From a virus, in the IMG/VR virus record IMGVR_UViG_3300029867_000006, positions 1-50,468 of that record: a stretch of DNA of 50,468 nucleotides. One strand, 5' to 3'. The notes beneath the pieces were generated by a model that saw only the letters and a program-made list of their open reading frames with translations, was not told the DNA's origin and searched no databases. The position numbers were made by a program, and so were the translations under genes. This document shows, one piece after another, positions 30,684 to 39,198 of the stretch (within the stretch, counting starts at the first letter, position 1; each line of letters opens with the position of its first letter).

Positions 30684-31067
30684 ATGCCAAGCAACCTTAA
30701 ACAAGACGTAGAAGAAGCCATAAAGGATATGGTAATAACCGTGCGCTTTGATAAAGGCTATATTGTATCGCTACCCCTCATGTATCCAAGTGGGGCTAGA
30801 GCCTGTGTTTTGGTCGGGCGTGGATCAAGTCAAGAGAGTTTCTTGGTTAGTGATGGTGGCAAAGGCCTTGACGAGGCTCACGGTGCTGGTGTTACCGAGG
30901 ATGATTATTTACAAGCTGCAAAGTCTGTAGGTGACGCTGCGGGGCTTAATTCGTATATGGGGGTGATTGCGCTTCTCGCCCCTAAACACAAACTCCAAGG
31001 TGCTATTATCACAGTAGCTAACGCCTCCCTGAAAGCAGTAGATAGAGCTATAAACACAAAAGGATAG
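30684..31067 (+). CDS. Hypothetical protein
   Basis: 127 aa, tightly packed. Confidence 0.6.
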   Translation: MPSNLKQDVEEAIKDMVITVRFDKGYIVSLPLMYPSGARACVLVGRGSSQESFLVSDGGKGLDEAHGAGVTEDDYLQAAKSVGDAAGLNSYMGVIALLAPKHKLQGAIITVANASLKAVDRAINTKG

Positions 31068-31071
31068 AGAT

Positions 31072-31338
31072 ATGTCAGAGTCGATTACATTGAAATGGGG
31101 AACCCTAAAAGGGTGGGATGATTTGAAAGAGGGTGGCGCAACATTTGACGCTATCGATCAGTATCATAAGGTAGGCCCGGTGTATGGTAGCTGCATGGCT
31201 CAATCTGACAACGTAGTCCAGAAAGAGTTTCTATGCCAAGCTATAGACGCCTGTGATGGTGAAATCTTTAATGATTGGTCGGGGGAGTTCATGAGTAAGC
31301 AGGAAGCCAAGGACTACATCAACAATTACCGGAATTGA
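31072..31338 (+). CDS. Hypothetical protein
   Basis: 88 aa, AAAGGATAGAGAT RBS. Confidence 0.55.
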   Translation: MSESITLKWGTLKGWDDLKEGGATFDAIDQYHKVGPVYGSCMAQSDNVVQKEFLCQAIDACDGEIFNDWSGEFMSKQEAKDYINNYRN

Positions 31339-31349
31339 AAGGATAGAGA

Positions 31350-31505
31350 ATGACACAATACATAGGAGGGGTGGAAAGATCACTTAAGTGCAAGAAGTGT
31401 GACGGCTCTCTGGTTTATGCCTATTCAAATACTACGGATTCGGGAAAGGTTAAGATGTGTTTTTGTCACGAAGACCGCCTAAGCCAATTGGAGAGCAAGG
31501 AATGA
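31350..31505 (+). CDS. Hypothetical small zinc-ribbon protein
   Basis: 51 aa, AAAGGATAGAGA RBS, CKKC ... CFCH. Confidence 0.45.
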   Translation: MTQYIGGVERSLKCKKCDGSLVYAYSNTTDSGKVKMCFCHEDRLSQLESKE

Positions 31506-31609
31506 CACAAGACACAGCTATATTATTACTCCAGATTGCGTCTGGTTTAGCGGTTATCTGCTTGCTTTGCTCTATGGTGATTGTTGCCCACTGGTTTCTT
31601 GATCGTTAA
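31502..31609 (+). CDS. Hypothetical small membrane protein
   Basis: 35 aa, ATGA overlap, TM ILLLQIASGLAVICLLCSMVIVA. Confidence 0.35.
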   Translation: MTQDTAILLLQIASGLAVICLLCSMVIVAHWFLDR

Positions 31610-31638
31610 TTGACCCTCTCCCCCCAATAGAGTACAAT
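31610..31638 (+). promoter_or_regulatory. Promoter of the CCCAC-AATAGGGT family
   Basis: TTGACC (31610-31615), 17-nt spacer CTCTCCCCCCAATAGAG, TACAAT (31633-31638). Confidence 0.55.
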
Positions 31639-31679
31639 GACAGGGTTAAAACTTGCTCTGACCTCACTAGTCCGAGCGC

Positions 31680-31710
31680 GGCCCCCGGTTTTAGTCGAAC
31701 GTCGGGGGCC
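31680..31710 (+). promoter_or_regulatory. GC-rich hairpin in the 5' leader
   Basis: GGCCCCCG (31680-31687) pairs with CGGGGGCC (31703-31710), 8 bp plus two G-U pairs. No U-tract follows. Confidence 0.45.
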
Positions 31711-31735
31711 AATACTCATAGACTTGGAGATACCA

Positions 31736-32032
31736 ATGACTGAAGTTAGCCCGAAACCAACATGGGAAGATAGCGTAACAGGCAACAGCACGGCGGTAAC
31801 TCTGCCAAGCGGCTATGGCGTGTTGCATATCAAGTCTGCGAGCACATTGGTAGCTGAGTTGGCTATTAGTGTTGACGATGGCGATACATTCCAAAGCACG
31901 GGCGATGTCCTAACGGAGGATGTATCACGCGCAATTGGCCAGAACACCCCCTGCCAAGCCCGCTTAGAGGTTTCTGGTGGATCATGTGATGTATTGATCA
32001 GCTACCCAACAAACAACCCGGCACGGTATTAA
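31736..32032 (+). CDS. Hypothetical beta-rich protein
   Basis: 98 aa from ATG 31736 (GGAGATACCA RBS). The longer track ORF from 31637 would begin inside the promoter and leader. Confidence 0.5.
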   Translation: MTEVSPKPTWEDSVTGNSTAVTLPSGYGVLHIKSASTLVAELAISVDDGDTFQSTGDVLTEDVSRAIGQNTPCQARLEVSGGSCDVLISYPTNNPARY

Positions 32033-32041
32033 TGTTATAAT
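32033..32041 (+). promoter_or_regulatory. Extended -10 promoter (TGtTATAAT)
   Basis: TG at 32033-32034 and TATAAT at 32036-32041, followed by the CA-rich leader ATAACAAAACAAAGGATGAGGTT-ATG. Confidence 0.4.
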
Positions 32042-32064
32042 ATAACAAAACAAAGGATGAGGTT

Positions 32065-32253
32065 ATGCGAGAATATCCCACAGGCGGCTACCCCTCTGTT
32101 AACGGGGTTAGGGCTAGCGCTAAGACAGATGCCTTTGCTCTCGCAAGGTTTCAAGAGAGATGGTTTAAACGCGCCGTTAATGGCGGCAGGTTTAGTGCTA
32201 AGACCGCCAACTTTATAGATATGCATGAACAGGCGGGAGAGGCTAATGGGTGA
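32065..32253 (+). CDS. Hypothetical protein
   Basis: 62 aa, AAAGGATGAGGTT RBS. Confidence 0.5.
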   Translation: MREYPTGGYPSVNGVRASAKTDAFALARFQERWFKRAVNGGRFSAKTANFIDMHEQAGEANG

Positions 32254-32473
32254 GTTAGAACTATTAACGGTTGGTCGTGTAGCTATGGTTCGGCCTAAGC
32301 GGTTCCATCTCTCGGGGCAACGTGTAGGCAAGTCATGGTTTAATGAGCGGTTTATGCAAGAGTTGGCTAAATCCACAGGGCAGGAAGTGAAAACACACAC
32401 GTTCGGTTCTGGCGTGAAAGGGCGAGCGTTTGATTATATCGTATTTGATGAGGCTAATGGCGGGCAGGAATAA
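32246..32473 (+). CDS. Hypothetical 75-aa protein with P-loop-like and Walker-B-like motifs
   Basis: From ATG 32246, with an 8-nt overlap. Contains LSGQRVGKSW and FDYIVFDEA. Confidence 0.45.
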   Translation: MGELELLTVGRVAMVRPKRFHLSGQRVGKSWFNERFMQELAKSTGQEVKTHTFGSGVKGRAFDYIVFDEANGGQE

Positions 32474-32525
32474 ACTTTCTACCATTGCCAAGCAATCTTA
32501 AAGACTAACAAACAAAGGATAGAAT

Positions 32526-33065
32526 ATGTTCATAGATCCACCAGAGGGCTGTAAGGGTATGCCCATCAACCCAGACAATGTCATTTCATATGAGCAAGTG
32601 AAGAGCGTAACAAAAGCCTTGCTGGAGTTTTACACGGCCTCGTCGGACGTTCGGTTTATTTGGTTGTTCCAAACGGAAGAGGAGCGAGACCAAGGAATTG
32701 TTTACTTTCGAGAGCGGGCGGATAATCCTCTAGTGCAGGTAATGTCCGGTCCCCCTGATGCGATAAAGATCCATGACGAACGGGTGGATGATGTAGCACC
32801 TAAAGAGCCAGAAATGTTTTCTGCTCTAATAGATGATGAGCTTCGCGGGAAGGATGTTATAAAAAGGACCGCTAGCGATATTGTAGAAGAGGCGTTGAAG
32901 CAGTCGAGATCTGGTAAAATCGTCGGGATTATTGCCATAGACAGCGCCCTTGAGGAGCTTAGAGCCACAGTAAACCAAGATTACAAACCTTTAATGGGAG
33001 CGGGTTATGTGCCGACATTGTATGGTGTCCCGCTCTTTTCCGCCACTGCTCATGGGTATGTGTGA
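32526..33065 (+). CDS. Hypothetical protein, distant paralog of 33115..33465
   Basis: 179 aa, AAAGGATAGAAT RBS. Shared I.PP..C.G...N......Y and V..(I/V).L...(E/D).RD. Confidence 0.6.
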   Translation: MFIDPPEGCKGMPINPDNVISYEQVKSVTKALLEFYTASSDVRFIWLFQTEEERDQGIVYFRERADNPLVQVMSGPPDAIKIHDERVDDVAPKEPEMFSALIDDELRGKDVIKRTASDIVEEALKQSRSGKIVGIIAIDSALEELRATVNQDYKPLMGAGYVPTLYGVPLFSATAHGYV

Positions 33066-33114
33066 TGGATGTAGACAAAGACCTCCCATAAACAAACACA
33101 AGAAAGGATAGAGG

Positions 33115-33465
33115 ATGAATTGGATTTACCCGCCTGATTATTGTGACGGTGTGGCTATGAATATAGAGGCCATACAACGATATAAGAAAAGCAGTGATAG
33201 CAATGAACTAGAAAGCATCTACGTTAAACGGCTAAGAAAGAAGCAAGCCCCCGGCTTTGTTGAGCCTGATGTTGATGTTTGGGAGGGGATGGTACCTCAC
33301 AGCAGATCATTTTCAACGTATAAATATAGGTATCTTCCAACCATCAAGTTCTATTTGTTTGGGAGTGAGGTTAAGTGGGTGTTCCTTACGGAGGACCAAA
33401 GAGATATGGCTTTTGCAAGTGTCGGCGAAGAAATTAAAAAAACCAATGGAAAGGATAGACAATGA
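33115..33465 (+). CDS. Hypothetical protein
   Basis: 116 aa, AAAGGATAGAGG RBS. Confidence 0.55.
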   Translation: MNWIYPPDYCDGVAMNIEAIQRYKKSSDSNELESIYVKRLRKKQAPGFVEPDVDVWEGMVPHSRSFSTYKYRYLPTIKFYLFGSEVKWVFLTEDQRDMAFASVGEEIKKTNGKDRQ

Positions 33466-33833
33466 CAGAGCTAGAAGAAGTACAAGCCAAATACATTAAG
33501 CTGTTAGAGGACAAGCGGCTCCTTGTTGATGAAATAGACAGCAAGCAGCACCGGATTAACAGCCTAACGAAAGAGGTTCGTCGTCTCACGGTTGAGGCTG
33601 ATTGGTTAAGCCATGCGATCCTCACTCCAGATGGGGCTGAGTTGCTCTCTCGCATCTCAAAGACAATAGAAGCGAATAAGGATACGGTATTAACATGGGA
33701 ATCTTCTGTAGGGGTTCAGTTTGAGCAATCAAGTGTGCAAGGGTCTATGCAAATCCTTCGGTGTGTGGTGAGTGTTAACAGGGATAATTACACCTTATGG
33801 TCAGAGAGTGCACAGGAGCTGGTAATAGGATGA
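33462..33833 (+). CDS. Hypothetical coiled-coil protein
   Basis: 123 aa, ATGA overlap. Starts MTELEE like the next gene. Confidence 0.55.
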   Translation: MTELEEVQAKYIKLLEDKRLLVDEIDSKQHRINSLTKEVRRLTVEADWLSHAILTPDGAELLSRISKTIEANKDTVLTWESSVGVQFEQSSVQGSMQILRCVVSVNRDNYTLWSESAQELVIG

Positions 33834-34105
33834 CAGAACTAGAAGAGACGGGCTTAACCCCAAAACCTAGGGAGCATGACTTAGCCCGGTTTATATGCAG
33901 TACAGCTGGCGCTGGAAAGATTGTGGATTTGATTAAAAAGGTTAATAACTCCCGATGGGGTGAGGAGTTTACCAAAGCAAAGCAGGTGGAGGTAAGGGCG
34001 GAGTGGGATAAGGACTTCAAAAATATTCTAATTACAGTATGGTTTGATGGGCATAGTTTTGAAGAGGTAATCCCGCAGCCAGAGTTTAAAACCTCTGATC
34101 TATGA
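33830..34105 (+). CDS. Hypothetical protein
   Basis: 91 aa from ATG 33830 (ATGA overlap). Its first 19 nt are 17/19 identical to the start of 33462. Confidence 0.5.
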   Translation: MTELEETGLTPKPREHDLARFICSTAGAGKIVDLIKKVNNSRWGEEFTKAKQVEVRAEWDKDFKNILITVWFDGHSFEEVIPQPEFKTSDL

Positions 34106-34127
34106 TGATTAACCCTCACTCTTTACC

Positions 34128-34170
34128 TAGAACGTGTAATGATATAACATAAGATGTAATAGGGTATAAC
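34128..34170 (+). promoter_or_regulatory. Late-operon promoter region with AATAGGGTATAAC motif
   Basis: TAGAAC (34128-34133), 16-nt spacer, TAAGAT (34150-34155). AATAGGGT at 34158-34165 is fused to TATAAC. TATAACATA occurs twice. Confidence 0.4.
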
Positions 34171-34215
34171 ATAGTGCTATCAATTGTGTAGCAGGTTTAA
34201 AACTAGGAGCAAACA

Positions 34216-34491
34216 ATGGCTGGCGGTAGGCCTAAAGGATCAAAGAATTTAACCACTCGGTTTAGTACTGAGCGAATAGCTGAAGTTGCCAAGAAACACG
34301 GTGGCGATGCTATCCGTATTTTGCTCAAGATTGCCAAAGATGAGCAGTATCCTGCGGCTTCTAGGGTTGCAGCGTGTAACTCCATTCTAGATCGAGGCTA
34401 CGGCAAGGCTGTCCAAGGGGTTGCTATTACGGGGTTAGAAGATGGCCCTGTGTTGATCACCATCGGCGGTGAAGACCAGAAGAGGTTCTAG
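34216..34491 (+). CDS. Putative terminase small subunit / DNA-binding protein
   Basis: 91 aa, AGGAG RBS, N-terminal GRPKGSKN. Lies directly upstream of and overlapping terL. Confidence 0.5.
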   Translation: MAGGRPKGSKNLTTRFSTERIAEVAKKHGGDAIRILLKIAKDEQYPAASRVAACNSILDRGYGKAVQGVAITGLEDGPVLITIGGEDQKRF

Positions 34492-35857
34492 GTTGGACGG
34501 ATACAAACCCACATTATCACAGTTAAGAGCAGGAAATCTGTTTGCGTCTGATGCGCGGCATATCCTGCTTTATGGTGGGTCACGCTCTGGTAAGACGTTT
34601 GAGATTGTCCGCACGATTGTATTGAGAGCCATGGGATGTGAGAGTAGGCACGCTATTTTGCGGTTTAGGTTCAACCATGTGAAGAGCTCTATTGGTCTGG
34701 ATACATTGCCCAAGGTGATTAAGACCTGCTGGCCGGGCCTATGGGAGCAATGCACACTCGATCAAACAAATTGGGTGCTCAAGGTGCCCAGCGCTGATGG
34801 CGGTGTGTCTGAGATTTGGCTGCTTGGGTTGGATGATAAGGACCGGACAGAGAAGATCTTGGGGCAAGAGTTCTCCACCATGTACTTCAATGAGTGCTCA
34901 CAGATCACGTTTTCATCTGTTGAGACCGCATTAACCCGGTTGGCGCAGAAGACTAAGCTCCGCAATAAAGCGTATTATGACTGCAATCCCCCCGGCCAAA
35001 ACCATTGGCTGTACAAGCAATTCATTCAAAAGCGTGATGTAGCCTCGAATAAGCCGCTCCGCAATCCAGATAACTACGTGTCGATGATGATCAACCCGGC
35101 TGATAATGAGGCCAATCTAGATGCTGATTATCTGCAAAGCCTTGAGGATATGTCTGTTGCTAAGCGTAAACGGTTCAAGGACGGGCTGTTCTCTGCGGCT
35201 AATGACAATGCTTTGTGGACGATTGAAGGCATTGAGCAGTGCCGTAGGACGGAAGCAGACCCAGCATTCAAGCGCATATTGATCTCAGTAGACCCTAGTG
35301 GGTGTAATGGAGACCCTGACAGCCGATCTGATGAGATTGGTATCATTGTTGGTGCACTGACTGAGGATGGTTATTGCGATATCCTAGAGGATTTGTCCGG
35401 CAAGCATGGTCCTACTGCTTGGGGAGCCATTGTTATCGACGCCTTTGAACGTTATGAGGCTGATTGTGTCGTAGCTGAGGTGAACTTTGGCGGCGCAATG
35501 GTTGAAGCGGTTATTAGAGCGGCTGCTTTGGCGGCTGGTGTGCAGATGCCCCCATTCAAGGAGGTTCGTGCCTCTCGTGGTAAGGTGGCTCGTGCTGAGC
35601 CCGTGGCGGCTCTCTATGATCAAGGTAAGGTTCGCCATGCAGGGGGCTTCTCTGTACTTGAGAACCAAATGTGTGGTATGACTACGGGTGGATACACTGG
35701 CGAGAAATCACCAGATCGTGTTGATGCAATGGTTTGGCTGGTGAGTTCTATCTTCACAGCCATGACGAAGGTGAGCTCGGGGCCACAGAGAGCACCTACG
35801 ATTAATTTAGGTAGATCAGAAGTCCGTAAAGTTTATGGCGGGCAGAGGAGAAGATAA
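34469..35857 (+). CDS. terL: Terminase large subunit
   Basis: 462 aa. Walker A LYGGSRSGKT, Walker B-like IWLLGLDD, C-terminal nuclease-type acidic motifs (ISVDPSG, IGIIVG, VAEVNFGG). Confidence 0.85.
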   Translation: MKTRRGSRLDGYKPTLSQLRAGNLFASDARHILLYGGSRSGKTFEIVRTIVLRAMGCESRHAILRFRFNHVKSSIGLDTLPKVIKTCWPGLWEQCTLDQTNWVLKVPSADGGVSEIWLLGLDDKDRTEKILGQEFSTMYFNECSQITFSSVETALTRLAQKTKLRNKAYYDCNPPGQNHWLYKQFIQKRDVASNKPLRNPDNYVSMMINPADNEANLDADYLQSLEDMSVAKRKRFKDGLFSAANDNALWTIEGIEQCRRTEADPAFKRILISVDPSGCNGDPDSRSDEIGIIVGALTEDGYCDILEDLSGKHGPTAWGAIVIDAFERYEADCVVAEVNFGGAMVEAVIRAAALAAGVQMPPFKEVRASRGKVARAEPVAALYDQGKVRHAGGFSVLENQMCGMTTGGYTGEKSPDRVDAMVWLVSSIFTAMTKVSSGPQRAPTINLGRSEVRKVYGGQRRR

Positions 35858-35858
35858 A

Positions 35859-36080
35859 ATGGCGGGTGTAGTACCAGCAATTCTAGGTGGCGGGCTTTTA
35901 GCTTCATTGTTTGGGCAAGAGAAGCCTGAGGAAAAAGAGGTGTCTACGCTTGTGCAGCCGGACCCAGACGATCCGTCGCGCCGTATCCGTAACCGTCGTG
36001 AGCAGGCGAAGCAGTCCAGAGAAGGTGGGCGAGAGTCTACGCTCCTGACTGGCAACTTCTCGAAACCAAACTTAGGCTAG
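35859..36080 (+). CDS. Hypothetical small virion-module protein
   Basis: 73 aa from ATG 35859 (GGAGAAGATAAA RBS). N-terminal hydrophobic segment and basic middle region. Confidence 0.5.
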   Translation: MAGVVPAILGGGLLASLFGQEKPEEKEVSTLVQPDPDDPSRRIRNRREQAKQSREGGRESTLLTGNFSKPNLG

Positions 36081-36084
36081 TGTT

Positions 36085-37707
36085 ATGCACGCAGATCCAG
36101 AAGCATTATTTGCACGAAGTAACAATCTGTATACAGGTCGGGGTGATTTGCTGTCTATGTGGCAGGAGATCGCTCTAAACTTCTATCCAGAGCGTGCCGA
36201 CTTCACGACGCAGCAATCTGTTGGGGCAGACTTTGCCTCGCATCTGATGAACAGCACGCCTCCTCTCATTCGCCGGAAGATGACCGACACCATTGGTGCG
36301 CTATTGCGGGCTGATAAGTGGTTTGAGATCTCCACAACGCGTGAGGACCAGCTACAAAACGATAGCAAGAAGTGGTTGGAGAAGCAGACCAAGGTGCAAT
36401 ACCGGGCTATGTATGACCGGAAAGCTAATTTCTCCAAGGTTGCCAAGGCTGGCGATGCTGATATTGGTACGTTCGGCCAGAATGTGATCTCTATTGATCT
36501 GGCCTCAAGCGCTGACGCTCTAATCTACAAGGGTTTTCATCTGCGTGATTGTGTTTGGTGTGAGGATGAGTCCGGGAAGGTTGATGAGGTCCATGTAAAG
36601 TGGAAGCCTACAGCCATTCAGCTTAACGGGATGTTCCCTGATAGCGTTTCCGACCAAGTTAAAGAGATGGTACAAAACGGGGGCAAGAAGGCTTACACGG
36701 CTATCGAATGCCTTCACATTGTTATGCCTTGGGCCAATTATGAGCCCAACTTACCCAATCCACTCCCGAACATGCCGTTTGTGTCTATCCATATGGAGAG
36801 CGACACTAAACAGCTGCTTGAGTTCAAACAGGTTCGCCGTAACCGCTACAACGTGGCCCGCTGGTCAACGGTAAGTGGCTATCAGTACGCACACAGCCCA
36901 GCCACAATGGTTGCTCTCCCTGATGCCCGTATGATCCAATCAATGAGTTTGGTTCTGTTGGATGCTGGGGAGAAGGGCGTCCAGCCTCCTATGATTGGTG
37001 CCCATGACGCATTCCGGTCAGACCTTAACTTCTATTCGGGCGGGTTTACCTCGGTTGATATGGATGGATTGCGGAGCGTTAAGGATGCAATCACGTCTAT
37101 TCCAATGGATAAGACAGGCCTCCCTATGGGCTTCGAGATGCTTGAGGGTGTAAAGCGTGGCATGGCTGACCTGATGTTTTTGAATGACCTTAAGTTGCCA
37201 AGCCTCGATGGGTCTGAAAAGACTGCGTATGAGTTCCAAAAGCGTGTGCAGGAGGCGGCGCGTAATGCATTGCCACTTCTTGAGCCTATTGAGAGTGATT
37301 ATAATGGCGGTATCTGCGAGAAAACCTTTGGTGTTCTGCTGGATAACGGGTTCTTTGGTCGCCAAGAGGATATTCCAGAACAATTGCTTGGGCAGGATAT
37401 TGACTTCCAGTTCAAGTCTCCATTCCGTACCGCGCTAGATCAGGCTGGCGGTGCTAAATTCATTGAAGCCATGCAGATTATTGAAGCTGGTGCTCAGTTA
37501 GACCCCACAGTCACCAATCAAATTGATGTGCACGAGGCCACGCGCGAGAGCCTAGAAGCTATTATCCCTGCCTCATGGATGCGAGATGAGAAGGAAGTAG
37601 CGGCTATGGTTCAGCAGGACAATGAGCGGCAACAGCAACAGCAGGCTATGGAACAAGCGGGCCAATTAGCCCAAATGGCAGGTGCTCTGCCTGAGGGAGT
37701 CGCATGA
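36085..37707 (+). CDS. Portal (head-tail connector) protein, podovirus type
   Basis: 540 aa, follows terL. Gln-rich C-terminus (ERQQQQQAMEQAGQLAQMAG), as in T7 gp8-type connectors. Confidence 0.8.
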   Translation: MHADPEALFARSNNLYTGRGDLLSMWQEIALNFYPERADFTTQQSVGADFASHLMNSTPPLIRRKMTDTIGALLRADKWFEISTTREDQLQNDSKKWLEKQTKVQYRAMYDRKANFSKVAKAGDADIGTFGQNVISIDLASSADALIYKGFHLRDCVWCEDESGKVDEVHVKWKPTAIQLNGMFPDSVSDQVKEMVQNGGKKAYTAIECLHIVMPWANYEPNLPNPLPNMPFVSIHMESDTKQLLEFKQVRRNRYNVARWSTVSGYQYAHSPATMVALPDARMIQSMSLVLLDAGEKGVQPPMIGAHDAFRSDLNFYSGGFTSVDMDGLRSVKDAITSIPMDKTGLPMGFEMLEGVKRGMADLMFLNDLKLPSLDGSEKTAYEFQKRVQEAARNALPLLEPIESDYNGGICEKTFGVLLDNGFFGRQEDIPEQLLGQDIDFQFKSPFRTALDQAGGAKFIEAMQIIEAGAQLDPTVTNQIDVHEATRESLEAIIPASWMRDEKEVAAMVQQDNERQQQQQAMEQAGQLAQMAGALPEGVA

Positions 37708-38060
37708 AACACGAAGAACTAGAGCGTCCAAACCAAGAGGTTTACCGTGGTCGGCCTGATTTGCCCCCTGTATGGGACGCTTGCATTCCCGGCGTTGCTG
37801 CTATCCAAGCCCTAGCGCTGGGTAATGCACACGAGGAGCAACAAAAGGAAGCGCTGAGGTTTATTATTGAGGTCGTGGCTGGTTCATTTGAGCCTAGCTA
37901 TCGACAAGGAGACCCGCAAGCCACTGCTTTTGCAGAAGGGCGGCGGTTTAATGGCATTCTCATCCAGTCGGTGCTTAACCAGGACATTAACACCCTGAAG
38001 GAGTCCCGGAAGAATAAGAATGCTGACAAGGCGGAATCATCCGCTAAACGGAGCAAATAA
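37704..38060 (+). CDS. Hypothetical protein between portal and scaffold genes
   Basis: 118 aa, ATGA overlap. Confidence 0.55.
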   Translation: MKHEELERPNQEVYRGRPDLPPVWDACIPGVAAIQALALGNAHEEQQKEALRFIIEVVAGSFEPSYRQGDPQATAFAEGRRFNGILIQSVLNQDINTLKESRKNKNADKAESSAKRSK

Positions 38061-38062
38061 TT

Positions 38063-39025
38063 ATGACTGACGAAGTAACAACAGAAGCCGCACCAGCGGT
38101 TGAGACAACACAAACAACTGAACAACCTGCTTCTGAAGCAGTACCAGCGACCATCCCTGAAGGTGGAGCCCCGGAAGGTGGTGGTTTGCTGGACCCTAAA
38201 GCGGCTGAGGCTGCTGGCGAGGGTATGATAAAGGCCAAGGACGCTGCTAATTGGCGTGAGCAATTTGGTGAGTTGGATGAAAAGGCGACTAAACGCCTAG
38301 GTCGGTTCAATAGCGCCGCTGATGTGTTCAAGTCCTACCAAGAGCTTGAGGCTCGTATGTCTAAAGGTGACGCTAAAGCTGCCCCGATGCCTGAAGATGA
38401 GACAGAAGCGGCTGCATGGCGTGAGGAGCGCGGTATTCCTGCGACTGCTGAAGGCTACGTAGAGAGTTTTGACCTACCAGAGGGCGTTGTATTGGGCGAG
38501 GCTGACCAGCCAATGCTTGATGCGGTGTCCAAAGTGGCTCACGAGCAGGGCCTAACCTCTAGCCAGCTTAATTCGGTTGCCAATGCATTGTTTGCAGAGC
38601 GACAAGCTGCCCAGCAAGAGGTTTATGACCGGAATAAAGAGGTTGAAACCGCATCAATGAGCGAGCTTATGGAACAGCACGGTGGTGAGTTCCCGGGGAT
38701 GCAGGTTAAAGTGAAGACCCAGCTAGATAATATGTTCGGCGAAGAGGTTTCCGCCCTTGTTGCGGGTGCCACTGCTGCCGATGGAACGCTATTGTTTGCC
38801 CATGCATCCGTCTTTAATGGCTTTGCGAAAGCTGCTCAAGAAACCAACCCTACAGGCACTATGATCCCGGCTGGACAGACAGGCCTTGACGGTGTAGAAT
38901 CAGAGCTAGCCAAGATTGACGCTGCACGTAAGGCTGATATCAATGCATTCCGTAAAGATAAGGCAATGCAGGCTAGAGAATTAGACCTACTGGGATCGCG
39001 AGAGCGTCTCTCTGGTAGAGCTTAA
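38063..39025 (+). CDS. Scaffolding protein
   Basis: 320 aa, Ala/Glu-rich with helical low complexity. Lies between the portal and capsid genes. Confidence 0.6.
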   Translation: MTDEVTTEAAPAVETTQTTEQPASEAVPATIPEGGAPEGGGLLDPKAAEAAGEGMIKAKDAANWREQFGELDEKATKRLGRFNSAADVFKSYQELEARMSKGDAKAAPMPEDETEAAAWREERGIPATAEGYVESFDLPEGVVLGEADQPMLDAVSKVAHEQGLTSSQLNSVANALFAERQAAQQEVYDRNKEVETASMSELMEQHGGEFPGMQVKVKTQLDNMFGEEVSALVAGATAADGTLLFAHASVFNGFAKAAQETNPTGTMIPAGQTGLDGVESELAKIDAARKADINAFRKDKAMQARELDLLGSRERLSGRA

Positions 39026-39198
39026 GACCTAGGCAACCCGTAAGGACCTAGAGAGATAAGCAAACTTCACGTTACAAGCGGCCCCGGCTAGCTTGTCGAA
39101 GGACCCCGGTTTAGGCCGGGCAACTCTCAAGACAACACGAAGCAGGACAACCCGATTGGTGAGGATTTTTTAATCCATATCAATAGGAGGAAGTAGCT

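Noticed and set aside
39026-39198. The 173-nt scaffold-capsid spacer with several short inverted repeats (CTCTCT/AGAGAG, CCCGG/CCGGG, GGATT/AATCC) as a specific regulatory RNA
   Set aside because: The stems are short (4-6 bp) with alternative pairings and no U-tract. I could not settle on one convincing structure. It is noted only as a structured spacer ahead of the highly expressed capsid gene.
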